Shown: positions 39,109 to 48,576, counted from the stretch's first letter. The stretch: DNA of 64,000 bases from an uncultured Nitrososphaerota archaeon (GCA_964416155.1 CAYQCW010000007.1:25217-89216), one strand, 5' to 3'. The notes: generated by a model not told the origin, from the sequence alone. Numbers and translations: made by a program.

Positions 39109-39203
39109 AAAAAATCATTTTTTAACCATTGGAAACGACGTTTAAAGAGGAAGCGTGGATTTTTGACTAAACATCCTTCTGAGAAAAGATAAGTATTTCT
39201 CAT

Positions 39204-41264
39204 ATGATAAAAGTTCTATCAAAGGAACGGTTTCTGAGATGCGACGAGAAAGGGCGGCCGGTGGTTCCAGGCTTTGTGACATACGTCTCAAGGAACAAAC
39301 AGATTCTTCTTCACCGTTTCGGGAGAGAGGATTACTCAGATACTTATGATGATTATATGGACATGTTCAGCTATGATAATGACAGAACATGGACGCAGCC
39401 GGTTCTGCACCTGAAAAGTGTGGATGTCAAGGGGGCAAAATCCGTTACGGCGAGCAAGCAGCTCTTTTCGACTCAGAAACAGAGAAAATTATAGTGGTTA
39501 TTAACAAGTCTTTCTACCCTAACGATACGCTTGACACGGACCTTCCCTACTCCCTAGTCCAAGAAATGTACGACCCGGCAGCAAACACATGGTCCGACTT
39601 AACCCGTTTGGATTTAGATTTTCCTGGCGAAATTGCTGTGAGCTTCTGCAATCCAATAAAAAATATCGAGGGGGCGATTAGTATTCCCCGCGCAGGGCAC
39701 ATACCTTGATGAAAAAGGGCAGCCTGTCCACTATAAGGGTTGCTGGTCGCCAGCAGGCATCATCGTTCATCTCTTAGGAGACTATGGGAAAGACGAGACG
39801 ATTAGGTGGAAACTGAGTAAACCGGTTATCCCTGATTTAGAGAAGACTTCTCGCGGTTTCTACGAACCGGCTGTCGCGGAACTAAAGGACGGGCGTTTCG
39901 CTATGGTTTTGCAGGAGGACAACAGCATGTTTCCCGAGCGCCCAAGGTATAAGTGGATAAGTTTTTCGGATGACCATTGCGAGACCTAGACCGAGCCGGT
40001 GCCCTTACCCTGCGATGGGAACAAGCCCATTGAATCCAGTTCCACTGGCTCTATGCTTTTTCGCTCCATTAAAAACGGCCGGCTCTATTGGATTGGAAAC
40101 TTGTGTATTGAAGGTGCATGGATCTTTGGCGTGTATTGCGAGAAGACTCTGCGTCCTTACGGCAATTTTCCGAGGACACCTCTGGTCATAGCAGAGGTTC
40201 AAGAAAATCCTTTTTCCTTGAAACGCAACACCATAACCGTGATTGACAGGCAGCAGCCTTATGAGCCTCCACAGGTGCAGCTCTCCAACTTTAGGTTTTA
40301 CCAAGACCGTGAGAACAGTGATATCGTCCTTTTCCTAACCCGTTGCAGTGAACGCGCCGCCGAAGCCTGGAAGCTGGCGGATTATTACCGGTATCGGATT
40401 GCCATTTGAAATGGAGGAGACATGTAAATGACACGAAATTGTATCTAAGTAGGCTCCCGCAAACAGGTTTTCCTAGACGAGCGCTTCATAGTGTAGTCGA
40501 AGGGGATAAGGGCGAAAGTTAACCCGCCCTTGGAGCGGCATGAAGTATTGCGGGGAGACCGTCCCTAGGACAGGGGCTGGATCGGCTGGTTGACCGTGTT
40601 AGAGGACGGAGGAGTCTACAAGATGTGGTATATAGCTGCTCCCGAGAGCACTGGAGAAGAAATAGATGGCGGAAAGGCCCTTAGACTCTGCTACGCGGTC
40701 TCCGAGGATGGAGTTAATTGGAGGAAGCCTGAACTCGGGCTCGTGGAGTATGAAGGAAGCAGGAGAAACAACATAGTGCGCATAGAAGGATTCCCAGGCG
40801 GAAGCCCGGAGGGCTCAGTGTTCCTAGACCCGAAGGCTCCTCCTGAACAAAGGTATAAGATGCTTGGTACGCTTTCCCCAGTGTCTACCGCCACTTTCCC
40901 GAGCCTCCGCTGGGCCCTTGTGTGAACGATGGCCTGCTGGAGATTCAGTTGGCCGTGAGCCGTGACGGTGTCCGGTTTCAGCGGCCCGACCGCACCCCCT
41001 ATATTCCGCTTGACGTGAAAGGTACGTGGCACGCCGGCCAGATGTACATGGGGGGTAGGCATGATCAGGAGGGGAAACAGACTTTTCCAATATTATAATG
41101 CTTCAGACATCAGCCATAGTGGATACCGGTGCCCCAAGCCCTTGCCCATTGTGGACATAAGCCGCGTCTTTGTGGCGGTGCAGCTTCTCGACCGTTTCGC
41201 AGGTATCCAGGCCCCGGATGAGGGTTGGCTGCTCACCCCGCCTCTGCGCTTTTCAGGGAACTAG
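39204..41264 (+). pseudogene. BNR/Asp-box beta-propeller glycosidase-like gene, decayed by frameshifts and in-frame stops
   Basis: Asp-box motifs SYDNDRTWTQP and SEDGVNWRKP. Coding signal hops between frames (39204..39494 frame 0, 39389..39709 frame 2, then frame 0 with stops near 39986, 40407, 40923). Confidence 0.6.
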
Positions 41265-41824
41265 TTAGAGTTAAACATAGACTGTGGCGCCACAGGTGAA
41301 GCACTGGTTGAAATAGATGATGAGAATGGGGTTCCGATTCAGGGCTTTAGTCTAGACGAGAGCGACCGGGTGTGGGGAAATCACCTGAGGAAGAAGGCGT
41401 CGTGGAGAAATGGGAAGACAGAGCAGATTTCCCAGATTTCCCCCTTCTGTCAAGACGGGTGCGAACCTGAAGAGATAGTTCAAGGAGCCGATCTTTATAT
41501 CTAAAATATACGTGTTTTTGGATTGTGTAAGATTAAATATCTAACCTTACCCTTACCTTGTGTAATTCTTTAGCGCGCGCTACTCGCTTTCCTAAGCCTA
41601 GAGGATTGGCTTAAGCCTGAGGAGGTTGGGAGGCTAGCTGGGAAGCTGGGCGTTGATCCTAAGATCCTGTTCCTGAGTTTTTCAGACGCTTTGGCCGACG
41701 AGATCGCAAGGAGGTTTTGAGATGAGCGATAAGCCTATTTGGAGCGCGCACGCGCTTCCTGCTCTTCGTCGAGAGAGTTAACCGGCTTAATGATGGAGGA
41801 ACATTAATTTATTAGAACGCCCTG

Positions 41825-41912
41825 GCCGGGATATTCGGTTTTTAACTTTCGAACCCGGGTCGGGAGGGTGACAGCCTCCAATGCTAACCTTTACACCACC
41901 AGGGCTCGGGTG
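41825..41912 (-). tRNA. tRNA-Asp (anticodon GUC) with a 16-nt non-canonical intron in the T-loop
   Basis: Acceptor GCCCTGG/CCAGGGC. Anticodon arm GGAGG CTGTCAC CCTCC. T-arm CCGGG TTCGAAA[GTTAAAAACCGAATAT]CCCGG. 88 nt. Not flagged by any ORF. Confidence 0.6.
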
Positions 41913-42106
41913 TAGGAGTTTTTGAGGGCAAATAAATCTTTTGCTACAGTTACGCTTGAGCCTTATTTGTCAGATAGTAGTGATGAACCCTGAGCCAGGG
42001 AAGTACATAAGTAGAGTTTCTTACCCATACTGGAACAAGTGCAGGGTCTTAATTTCGAGGAGAAGAGCATTTCATAGATTTCTACTGTGAACGCAAAATT
42101 CTGATA

Positions 42107-42265
42107 ATGGAGCTGGCAGTTGAGAAAATAAACGAATTGATTAAAAACACTGGATACCAATATTACAAAATAGACTTATTTCTCATTGCTTCGAGTATGC
42201 AATATTATATCGTGTTCATACCCACTGAAGTTGAGAAGCTTGAAAAGGAAAGAAGTTGGAAGCTT
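42107..42265 (+). CDS. Small ORF 'Y' (52 aa), paralog of 52269..52454
   Basis: MELAVEKINELIKNTGYQYYKI... versus ...VNRINELIKDAGYQYYRL at the second locus. Confidence 0.3.
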
Positions 42266-42384
42266 TAATTGATGATCTAGTTGACAAAATAAGGTGCTAT
42301 TCCTCACCTTACCTGTAATTTGAATTAGGCTCTATTTCTTTATAGAGCTTAATCCCAGTGCAGGTATAACCGGATTCTGTTTGC

Positions 42385-42570
42385 TCAATCCGAATTTGTA
42401 CCACTACTACGATACCATACTTCACATTCCAGCCTATTAAAATAATCTTCCACTTGCCTTATCTCATTACCTATACGACCAGTAATATCTCGAAACACCG
42501 TTCCCTTTATTTCAACTATCGCCATCAATTTATCTTCAGAGTAAACTTGGATGGCTGGTCCTTGTTTCAT
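42385..42570 (-). CDS. Small ORF 'X' C-terminal module with hhAIhEIKxT motif, paralog of 52451..52783
   Basis: YSEDKLMAIVEIKGT...VEDYF versus YHKSELVAIIEIKTT...LKDYF. Upstream minus-strand coding remnants are also homologous between the loci. Confidence 0.35.
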   Translation of the reverse strand: MKQGPAIQVYSEDKLMAIVEIKGTVFRDITGRIGNEIRQVEDYFNRLECEVWYRSSGTNSD

Positions 42571-42952
42571 GCATCCGCTGGTTTTTAAGCCCCTCCTTCG
42601 GAAGCCCAGTCAGCCTGGATATTTCTTCCTTAATATTATCAATATTTAAGAATACTTATTCTTCATCAACCTTCTCAATTAACTCTTTAATTTCTTCCTC
42701 CTCCTTTAACATTTCCATGTTAAGCTTATCCACAATCTCCTGAGCCAGCCTTTTAACGATAGTCCCTGAATCCTCGAGGTATATTCTATGGGCAAGAGGC
42801 CCTTATTTTTATCGTGCGCTACATATTTGCTTAACGCTTTCCACATCCCCTTTAAAGGTTAGAGTAAACACTTAGGAGAAAGTTGTGAAAGTGATTATTG
42901 GGCACAATAACGAAGGGCCCCGATTTTTCGCGTTCCTCCTATTCAACTCCTT

Positions 42953-43390
42953 TCAGGGCTTGATTCTAACTAGGCTATAAATCACGCAGGGGATGAAGTA
43001 AAACTGCCATCCGAGGGTTAGGAGCTGGACTACGTAGGGTGGTTCAAGCGTTAAGGCAAACCATAACGTGAACAGGAGCATGGATATGAGGCTGGAAGCT
43101 ATGGCTAGCAGCCAAGGGATCCTACTCCTCGGTTTAAGCCGCTCAACCAGGCTTCCAAGGATGTAGGCCAACGAGAGGAGTAACCAGCTGACAAGGCTTA
43201 TTAGATGTTCAGCAGTTTGGTACTGAGGATTGGAAACGTAAGCTGAGAAGAGTAGTGCAAACAGCACGAAGAAGATAATGAAAGCGGATAGTGTAAAATG
43301 GATCTTCAATAATACCCGGTCAATCATCCTCCGAATCACAACTCTATACGACAACTTGTTTTCCCCCTCAACTATGGACATCCCATACAT
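42953..43390 (-). CDS. Four-TM membrane protein
   Basis: 145 aa, hydrophobic. Confidence 0.35.
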   Translation of the reverse strand: MYGMSIVEGENKLSYRVVIRRMIDRVLLKIHFTLSAFIIFFVLFALLFSAYVSNPQYQTAEHLISLVSWLLLSLAYILGSLVERLKPRSRIPWLLAIASSLISMLLFTLWFALTLEPPYVVQLLTLGWQFYFIPCVIYSLVRIKP

Positions 43391-44022
43391 TCCGGCAAGT
43401 AGCTCGTATCAGGAGTGCAATTGCGGCAATAGGACCTCCAACTGACGCAGTTTATGTAAAAGCAAGAGGGGCAAAAAAGTCCGACGTACATTATAAAAAC
43501 AACAAGGTCTGGAAGATAACGCGCACAAATAGCGCAACACAGAACAACCCCAGGTATGTCATAAGCAAGGCATTCTTGAAAACAGAATTGGCAGGTACCG
43601 CATGGTGGTGAACAGGGCGGTGGCGGTACGCCGGTTAGGAGGAACTCATGATTAAGTACCTGATTACTCTGAATTGTGGGTGTAAGCTTGCCTCCAGTTA
43701 CCTGGCCTTTTTCAGCCCTGACCAAAACCTCTAGGACGCGATAATCTTCATCTACTCTATACGCCGTTGCTTCCTGATACGGTTTCACGAATACTACAAC
43801 AAAAACTAACCTTGATTTAGGATCTCCGGCAAATCTTATCCCAACTACTACGTACTCGGTTGGTTTATAATCTATAATCTTTTCAGCCCTCATAGCAAGG
43901 GAGTCCTTCAAAGAAAGTTGGTACCCTATCTCAGATAAGATTGAAGCGACTAGCTGGAATTCCTTTGCGCTTAATGCTTTTTCTACTGCTTCCTCCTCTT
44001 TAATTAGGATACTATTGTTCAC
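43372..44022 (-). CDS. Hypothetical protein with alpha/beta N-domain and unusual Cys-rich C-terminus
   Basis: N-terminal 150 aa ordinary; C-terminal 60 aa carries about 17 Cys (PPPPCSPPCGTCQFCFQEC...CCAICARY...CPSCFYINC...CRNCTP...CMGCP). Confidence 0.35.
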   Translation of the reverse strand: MNNSILIKEEEAVEKALSAKEFQLVASILSEIGYQLSLKDSLAMRAEKIIDYKPTEYVVVGIRFAGDPKSRLVFVVVFVKPYQEATAYRVDEDYRVLEVLVRAEKGQVTGGKLTPTIQSNQVLNHEFLLTGVPPPPCSPPCGTCQFCFQECLAYDIPGVVLCCAICARYLPDLVVFIMYVGLFCPSCFYINCVSWRSYCRNCTPDTSYLPECMGCP

Positions 44023-44240
44023 CTTCTCCTATTACTCCCTGAAGAGAAAAAGGCGGAGGCGATATTTATATTATTTTTAATTACGATATAATATAACACG
44101 TGCTTAGTATTGGTATTTTAATTTCTCGCTGTTAATCTTGTTGTCTTATGTTGTGTATATACATATCTTATTATAGTTTTAAAAAAATATAAATGGGAGG
44201 TTATTCTAACTATAAAACATGAAAAAGGGAGGGTGGGTGT

Positions 44241-44933
44241 TTGGGAAGGATTGATATCAATCAACACGGACGGATAATTGAGCGGGCGATTATAGTGACA
44301 TTGTTGATAGCGATTCCAGTGTTAATAAGCGTCACGCAAACCACTGCCCAAGGCGTTAGGTACTATGCAGGATACTATTTTTACGGTTATGAGGGTGCTT
44401 CACCTCCTTATGGAGTATCCGGCAGAATATATACCGTTAATAAGAACGTGCCCACGGGTCATTTCTACGCGCAGTGGCCTACTGTCATACTCAGTTATGT
44501 CTACGGGTTTCGGGTTCAGGTAGGCTATACTAAAGGTTGGGATACCAACTATCAGTTGACATGGTACGCGGAGAAGAATGACTGGAACGGTTGGGAAATT
44601 CGCTGGACTGGCACCCCGAGCGCTGGGGCCACGTACAATTATTGGATAGAGAGATATGAGAATAGCGGCGTCTGGGTCGGCGGGGTCTCTGGCTATTGGA
44701 TGTGGGACTTCGGGACACTTAACCCCAACGTGGCGGTGGATTACCAAGCATTCAGCGAAACCACAACCACTGGAATAAATATCGATGGAACGCACTTCAG
44801 TAACCTATGCATCCTTAGCTACAATGGGATCGACTGGATCCCTTGGTACAGGCATGTTCCCAAGGAGGCTCGTCCTTATTACTGGCTTACACAAGTCTCC
44901 GATTGTGAGTTTTACGCTTGGGGTGGTGGCTGA
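44241..44933 (+). CDS. Secreted Trp/Tyr/Gly-rich protein (TTG start)
   Basis: N-terminal TM/signal (IVTLLIAIPVLISV), then an aromatic-rich probable beta-sandwich. Very AT-rich upstream region. Confidence 0.45.
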   Translation: MGRIDINQHGRIIERAIIVTLLIAIPVLISVTQTTAQGVRYYAGYYFYGYEGASPPYGVSGRIYTVNKNVPTGHFYAQWPTVILSYVYGFRVQVGYTKGWDTNYQLTWYAEKNDWNGWEIRWTGTPSAGATYNYWIERYENSGVWVGGVSGYWMWDFGTLNPNVAVDYQAFSETTTTGINIDGTHFSNLCILSYNGIDWIPWYRHVPKEARPYYWLTQVSDCEFYAWGGG

Positions 44934-45553
44934 TGGCTCGGGTTGGAAGTATGCTCCTTATAGTGCTTTTGGCAGTCATGGCTATGGGTGTAATCGTAGG
45001 GAACTACATTGTGCCCAAGCAATACGCGAACATGACCCCAGATTCTACTGCGTATGAAGCTTCCCCAAGAGGCCCCGCACCCTTCCCTGGTGAGATTGTT
45101 CCCCTGGATACTGTGGTCAGCCAGCTGGCCAATAAGGGGTTTACGCTCCACCTGCCCACGAAGATGATGAGGGGAATGAAGCTCACAGCCGTGTGGGCTA
45201 AGGTTCTCGATGGGCAGGTTAGCTTCCCCATAATAGTAGTCTACAGCAACACTGGGGACAAAGCCATCGAGACGGCGGAAATCGGAATAGAAATAGCACC
45301 CATGCCTGAAATTCCCTTCCATGTGACCAATAGCTCAACCGACAGATTCGATAGGGTGGGCGAGTGGATGGCATTCGTCTCCAGCAGAGCACCAATGGGT
45401 TATAGAGAATATTATCTGAAGTATGGCACGGAGTACGCATATCTTGTAGATATAAAGATCGGCTCCTTGAACTATCTCTTCAGGTTCGCACCCGTCTTGA
45501 CAGAGGAGGAGATCATGGAAATCTGTCAAAGCATGAGGCCCATGGTGCCATAG
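44918..45553 (+). CDS. N-terminally membrane-anchored protein, co-operonic with 44241..44933
   Basis: Start overlaps the upstream gene's end; TM SMLLIVLLAVMAMGVIVG. Confidence 0.45.
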   Translation: MGWWLMARVGSMLLIVLLAVMAMGVIVGNYIVPKQYANMTPDSTAYEASPRGPAPFPGEIVPLDTVVSQLANKGFTLHLPTKMMRGMKLTAVWAKVLDGQVSFPIIVVYSNTGDKAIETAEIGIEIAPMPEIPFHVTNSSTDRFDRVGEWMAFVSSRAPMGYREYYLKYGTEYAYLVDIKIGSLNYLFRFAPVLTEEEIMEICQSMRPMVP

Positions 45554-45601
45554 AAAATAACTGGAACACGCTTGATTAGAAAGGCTCATCTTCGCAAGCT
45601 G

Positions 45602-46852
45602 CTATTTCAGTATGCCGACTATTCCTCCGAAGCCCTTGTAGAGCATCATTCCCTCCTCGGTGGCTGTCGATATTAGCTCGAGCTGAACGTTTTTCTGAGA
45701 GGCTGTTTCAATGAAACGGTCTAGGAGGCTCTCTTTCTCAGCAACATAAAGGCTTGTTGCACCGCATTTTGGGCATGGTGTCGAGGATGTTTTTGCTGGA
45801 AGAGTTATCAGTTCTTGAAACGGGTGTTGCTCAACAGTCTCGTAGTCGCATCTGCCGCATCTAATCTTAACCATGAATATGTCTAGGGCCTCTGAGAAAA
45901 GCATGAGCCTAACCTTTCCGCTTTGAACCGCGTTCTCAACCTCTTTAAGCCCGTAGACAACCCTGTCCGGCTCCGTGCCCACAAGCTTAAGGAAGCTGCC
46001 CACCAGGTTCCTCTCCTTTATCAAGTCGAGCTCCTGAAGCTTTTCAGACGCTTTCCCAAGTATCTCCTTTATGCCCTGGTGACCCGTGTAGGAGGTGTCC
46101 ACCACGGCCAGTATTTTTCTCCTAAGCTCGTAGTGGATGAAATCTTTTTCGAGAAACATATCCTTCGTTGGCCCCGGCCCTCCTACTATCAACCCTTTAA
46201 CATCAGTGTTCTGAAGGTAAACCTCGTTCAGACGTTCAGCAACACGCCTGTAGAAATCGTTGAGCTCCATCTCCCTCAATCTTTCAAACCTTCTGGCCGA
46301 CTGGCCCCCCTTGCTCGTCTTACCTGGGACGCCGGAGGTCAACTCGTCTTTCACGTCGATATTCCTGCCCGTTGCGAGCGCTATGGTCGCCTCAGAATTA
46401 TCGATGGACAGGATTAGATACTTATCCTTCTTCTCAAGCATTTCTTTAAGAGGCTCGACGTAAAACTTGTCGTCGCAACCATAGTATGAGAGGGTTATTT
46501 TCTCAGGGGGCTCTATCACGTGTATCTCAATATTCTCCGAACCAGGGGTCTCCCCGGGGATTGCCCCGCAGAATATGACGAGCCCGTTTTCAGGAGCCTC
46601 GTCGTAAAGCTTAAGCCTCTGCTGCACCTTAACTATAGCGTCCTGAACATTCTTCCTCGTTGTTCTAGACTTAATGTTAGACGCCTTCCCATACTCCTCC
46701 CTCAGGTTCGTCACCACCTCGCTTATTCTTCTCCCCGGAGGTATGTAGAGGCTGATCAACTCTGTCCCCCGACCCTTTTTTTCAGAGAGTTCTCTAAGAG
46801 TTCTTCTCGAAACATACTCCTTCACCGATGTTGCAAGCGTTTTTTCACTCAA
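45602..46852 (-). CDS. prf1: Peptide chain release factor aRF1
   Basis: GGQ motif (KGGQSARRF), NIKS motif (ASNIKSRTTRKN), C-terminal zinc ribbon. Start set at TTG (..SEKTLATS..) because the listed 503-aa ORF overruns divergent pyrH. Confidence 0.8.
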   Translation of the reverse strand: MSEKTLATSVKEYVSRRTLRELSEKKGRGTELISLYIPPGRRISEVVTNLREEYGKASNIKSRTTRKNVQDAIVKVQQRLKLYDEAPENGLVIFCGAIPGETPGSENIEIHVIEPPEKITLSYYGCDDKFYVEPLKEMLEKKDKYLILSIDNSEATIALATGRNIDVKDELTSGVPGKTSKGGQSARRFERLREMELNDFYRRVAERLNEVYLQNTDVKGLIVGGPGPTKDMFLEKDFIHYELRRKILAVVDTSYTGHQGIKEILGKASEKLQELDLIKERNLVGSFLKLVGTEPDRVVYGLKEVENAVQSGKVRLMLFSEALDIFMVKIRCGRCDYETVEQHPFQELITLPAKTSSTPCPKCGATSLYVAEKESLLDRFIETASQKNVQLELISTATEEGMMLYKGFGGIVGILK

Positions 46853-46924
46853 AACACGGTTCTCCGGGGAGTCCTCGCTGACCCCATATATTAATATTTC
46901 ACTCCCTAGGGAGATAAGGGAGAA

Positions 46925-47614
46925 ATGAGGATAGTGCTGAAAATAGGGCATGCTCTCTTCAAGGGCCACTCGATAGACTTGGAGAAGATACGTGGGACGG
47001 CGGACGCGATACTGAGGCTGCGCAACGCTGGTCATAGGGTTGTTGTCGTGGTCGGCGGGGGTGAGCCCAGCAGGACCTTCATAAAGGCGGCTAGAAGCCT
47101 CGGGGCGGACCATGCTACTTGCGACGAGGTCGGCATAATGGTCACCTGGATTAACGCTCTCCTACTGTCCATAGCGTTCGGAGAGGCCTCGAGCAGAAAC
47201 ATCATAAGCAGTTTTGAAGAGCTCGAGAGGCAGTTGGACACGGCTGGGGGTAAAATACTCGTCGGAGGAGGCTTCACGCCGGCCCAGTCGACAGACGCTG
47301 TCGCAGCACTAATAGCTGAGAGGCTGAAAGCCGATCTTCTGATAAAGACTACTGATGTCGACGGCGTTTATAACGTTGATCCTAAGAAAAACCCGGATGC
47401 GAAGCTGCTTAAAGAGGTGAGCGTGAGAAGGCTCAGGAAAATACTGGGGCAGGAGTCGACACCGGGCGGATACAAGCTTCTAGACCAGGTTTCCCTCTCA
47501 ATACTTGAAAGGTCAAGAATACCGGTTGTAATCGTAAACGGTTCCGATCCTGAAAACATTATTAGAGCAGCCTCTGGGGAGAAAGTAGGCACGAGAATAA
47601 ACTATTCCGAATAA
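46925..47614 (+). CDS. pyrH: Uridylate (UMP) kinase
   Basis: Amino-acid-kinase fold motifs VVVVVGGGEPSRTF, ILVGGGFTPAQSTD. Confidence 0.85.
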   Translation: MRIVLKIGHALFKGHSIDLEKIRGTADAILRLRNAGHRVVVVVGGGEPSRTFIKAARSLGADHATCDEVGIMVTWINALLLSIAFGEASSRNIISSFEELERQLDTAGGKILVGGGFTPAQSTDAVAALIAERLKADLLIKTTDVDGVYNVDPKKNPDAKLLKEVSVRRLRKILGQESTPGGYKLLDQVSLSILERSRIPVVIVNGSDPENIIRAASGEKVGTRINYSE

Positions 47615-47940
47615 CACACTGCCTATGGAGAAGCGTGAATAATTGGGTGGAAGTATAATCTGGCGGGAGAGGGGGAGGATGATGATTTCTAACCCCGTTT
47701 AACCCGTATCAAGATGAAACAATCCACGAGCACTGGGTTTGCAACCCATACTGGGGTGCTCCACATATTTTTCAGGTAAGGGTCACGGGAAGAATTAGGC
47801 GGGGCTAAAAGTAAGCTGTTTGTTAAATACTTTTCTTAAGAGGCGTCTTTCAACCTGCATTCGTCTTACTGGAAGAAGGCGTATAATTTAGGTAGAAGCG
47901 GGTCGTGTGGTTTAAACCTAGGGAGAAAAATATTAGGGGA

Positions 47941-48072
47941 TGGGGCCAGGGCGATTTGAACGCCCATTCACGGGTTTCCTCCCAGCTCCAACCTTTCCTC
48001 ATCTCCCTCGCCGGGATCCTTGGCTTGCATGCGGCTGGAGCCCGCCGTCCTGCCTGGTTAGACTATGGCCCC
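47941..48072 (-). tRNA. tRNA-Trp (anticodon CCA) with 59-nt canonical intron
   Basis: Acceptor GGGGCCA/TGGCCCC. Anticodon arm GCGGG CTCCAG[59 nt]A CCCGT. T-arm GGGCGTTCAAATCGCCC. 132 nt. Confidence 0.8.
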
Positions 48073-48290
48073 GGTTTCCCCGTGTGTTTTCCTTACGGCG
48101 GATTTTTAAGGTTTTTCATGTTGCTGGTTTTTTAGGGTTATTTTACCGGGTGTATGAGGGATAAGGTTGTGGTTTTCTTAGGCTGTTTACCGCCGTTTTT
48201 CATGATTGTTTAAATCTGGTTAGGCTTAAGCGGGGCTGGGGGTGGGGAAGGTTTTATTAAGGAGTTACGCTGTTTAATCTTCGATGAGAA

Positions 48291-48533
48291 ATGGCTCACG
48301 CGTATGTTTTGATGAATGTTGAGATAGGGACTGAGAACGATGTTCTCAACAGGCTTAAGGATACTCCTGGGGTTGTGGAGTCCTGGATTGTTTTCGGCGT
48401 TTACGATATTATTACTAAGGTTGAGGCTGAGAACAGTGAGAAGCTTAAGGAGGTCGTAAGCAAGTATATTAGGAAGATTGAGGGCGTTAGGAATACTCTC
48501 ACGCTGATGCCTATTGAAGGCTTCGCCAAGTAA
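48291..48533 (+). CDS. Small ferredoxin-fold (RAM/ACT-like) protein
   Basis: 80 aa, VLMNVEIGTE...VFGVYDIITKVEA pattern similar to stand-alone RAM domains. Confidence 0.4.
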   Translation: MAHAYVLMNVEIGTENDVLNRLKDTPGVVESWIVFGVYDIITKVEAENSEKLKEVVSKYIRKIEGVRNTLTLMPIEGFAK

Positions 48534-48576
48534 AGTTTAAGCCTGGCTCGACGAAGAGTATCGTGAACTGTTAGCG

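Noticed and set aside
45602-47113. 503-aa version of the aRF1 ORF
   Set aside because: The N-terminal 86 aa overlap the divergent pyrH gene and lack aRF1 homology. A TTG start giving a ~417-aa aRF1 is more plausible.
47905-48164. Two plus-strand ORFs (76 and 74 aa)
   Set aside because: Antisense to tRNA-Trp and its intron.
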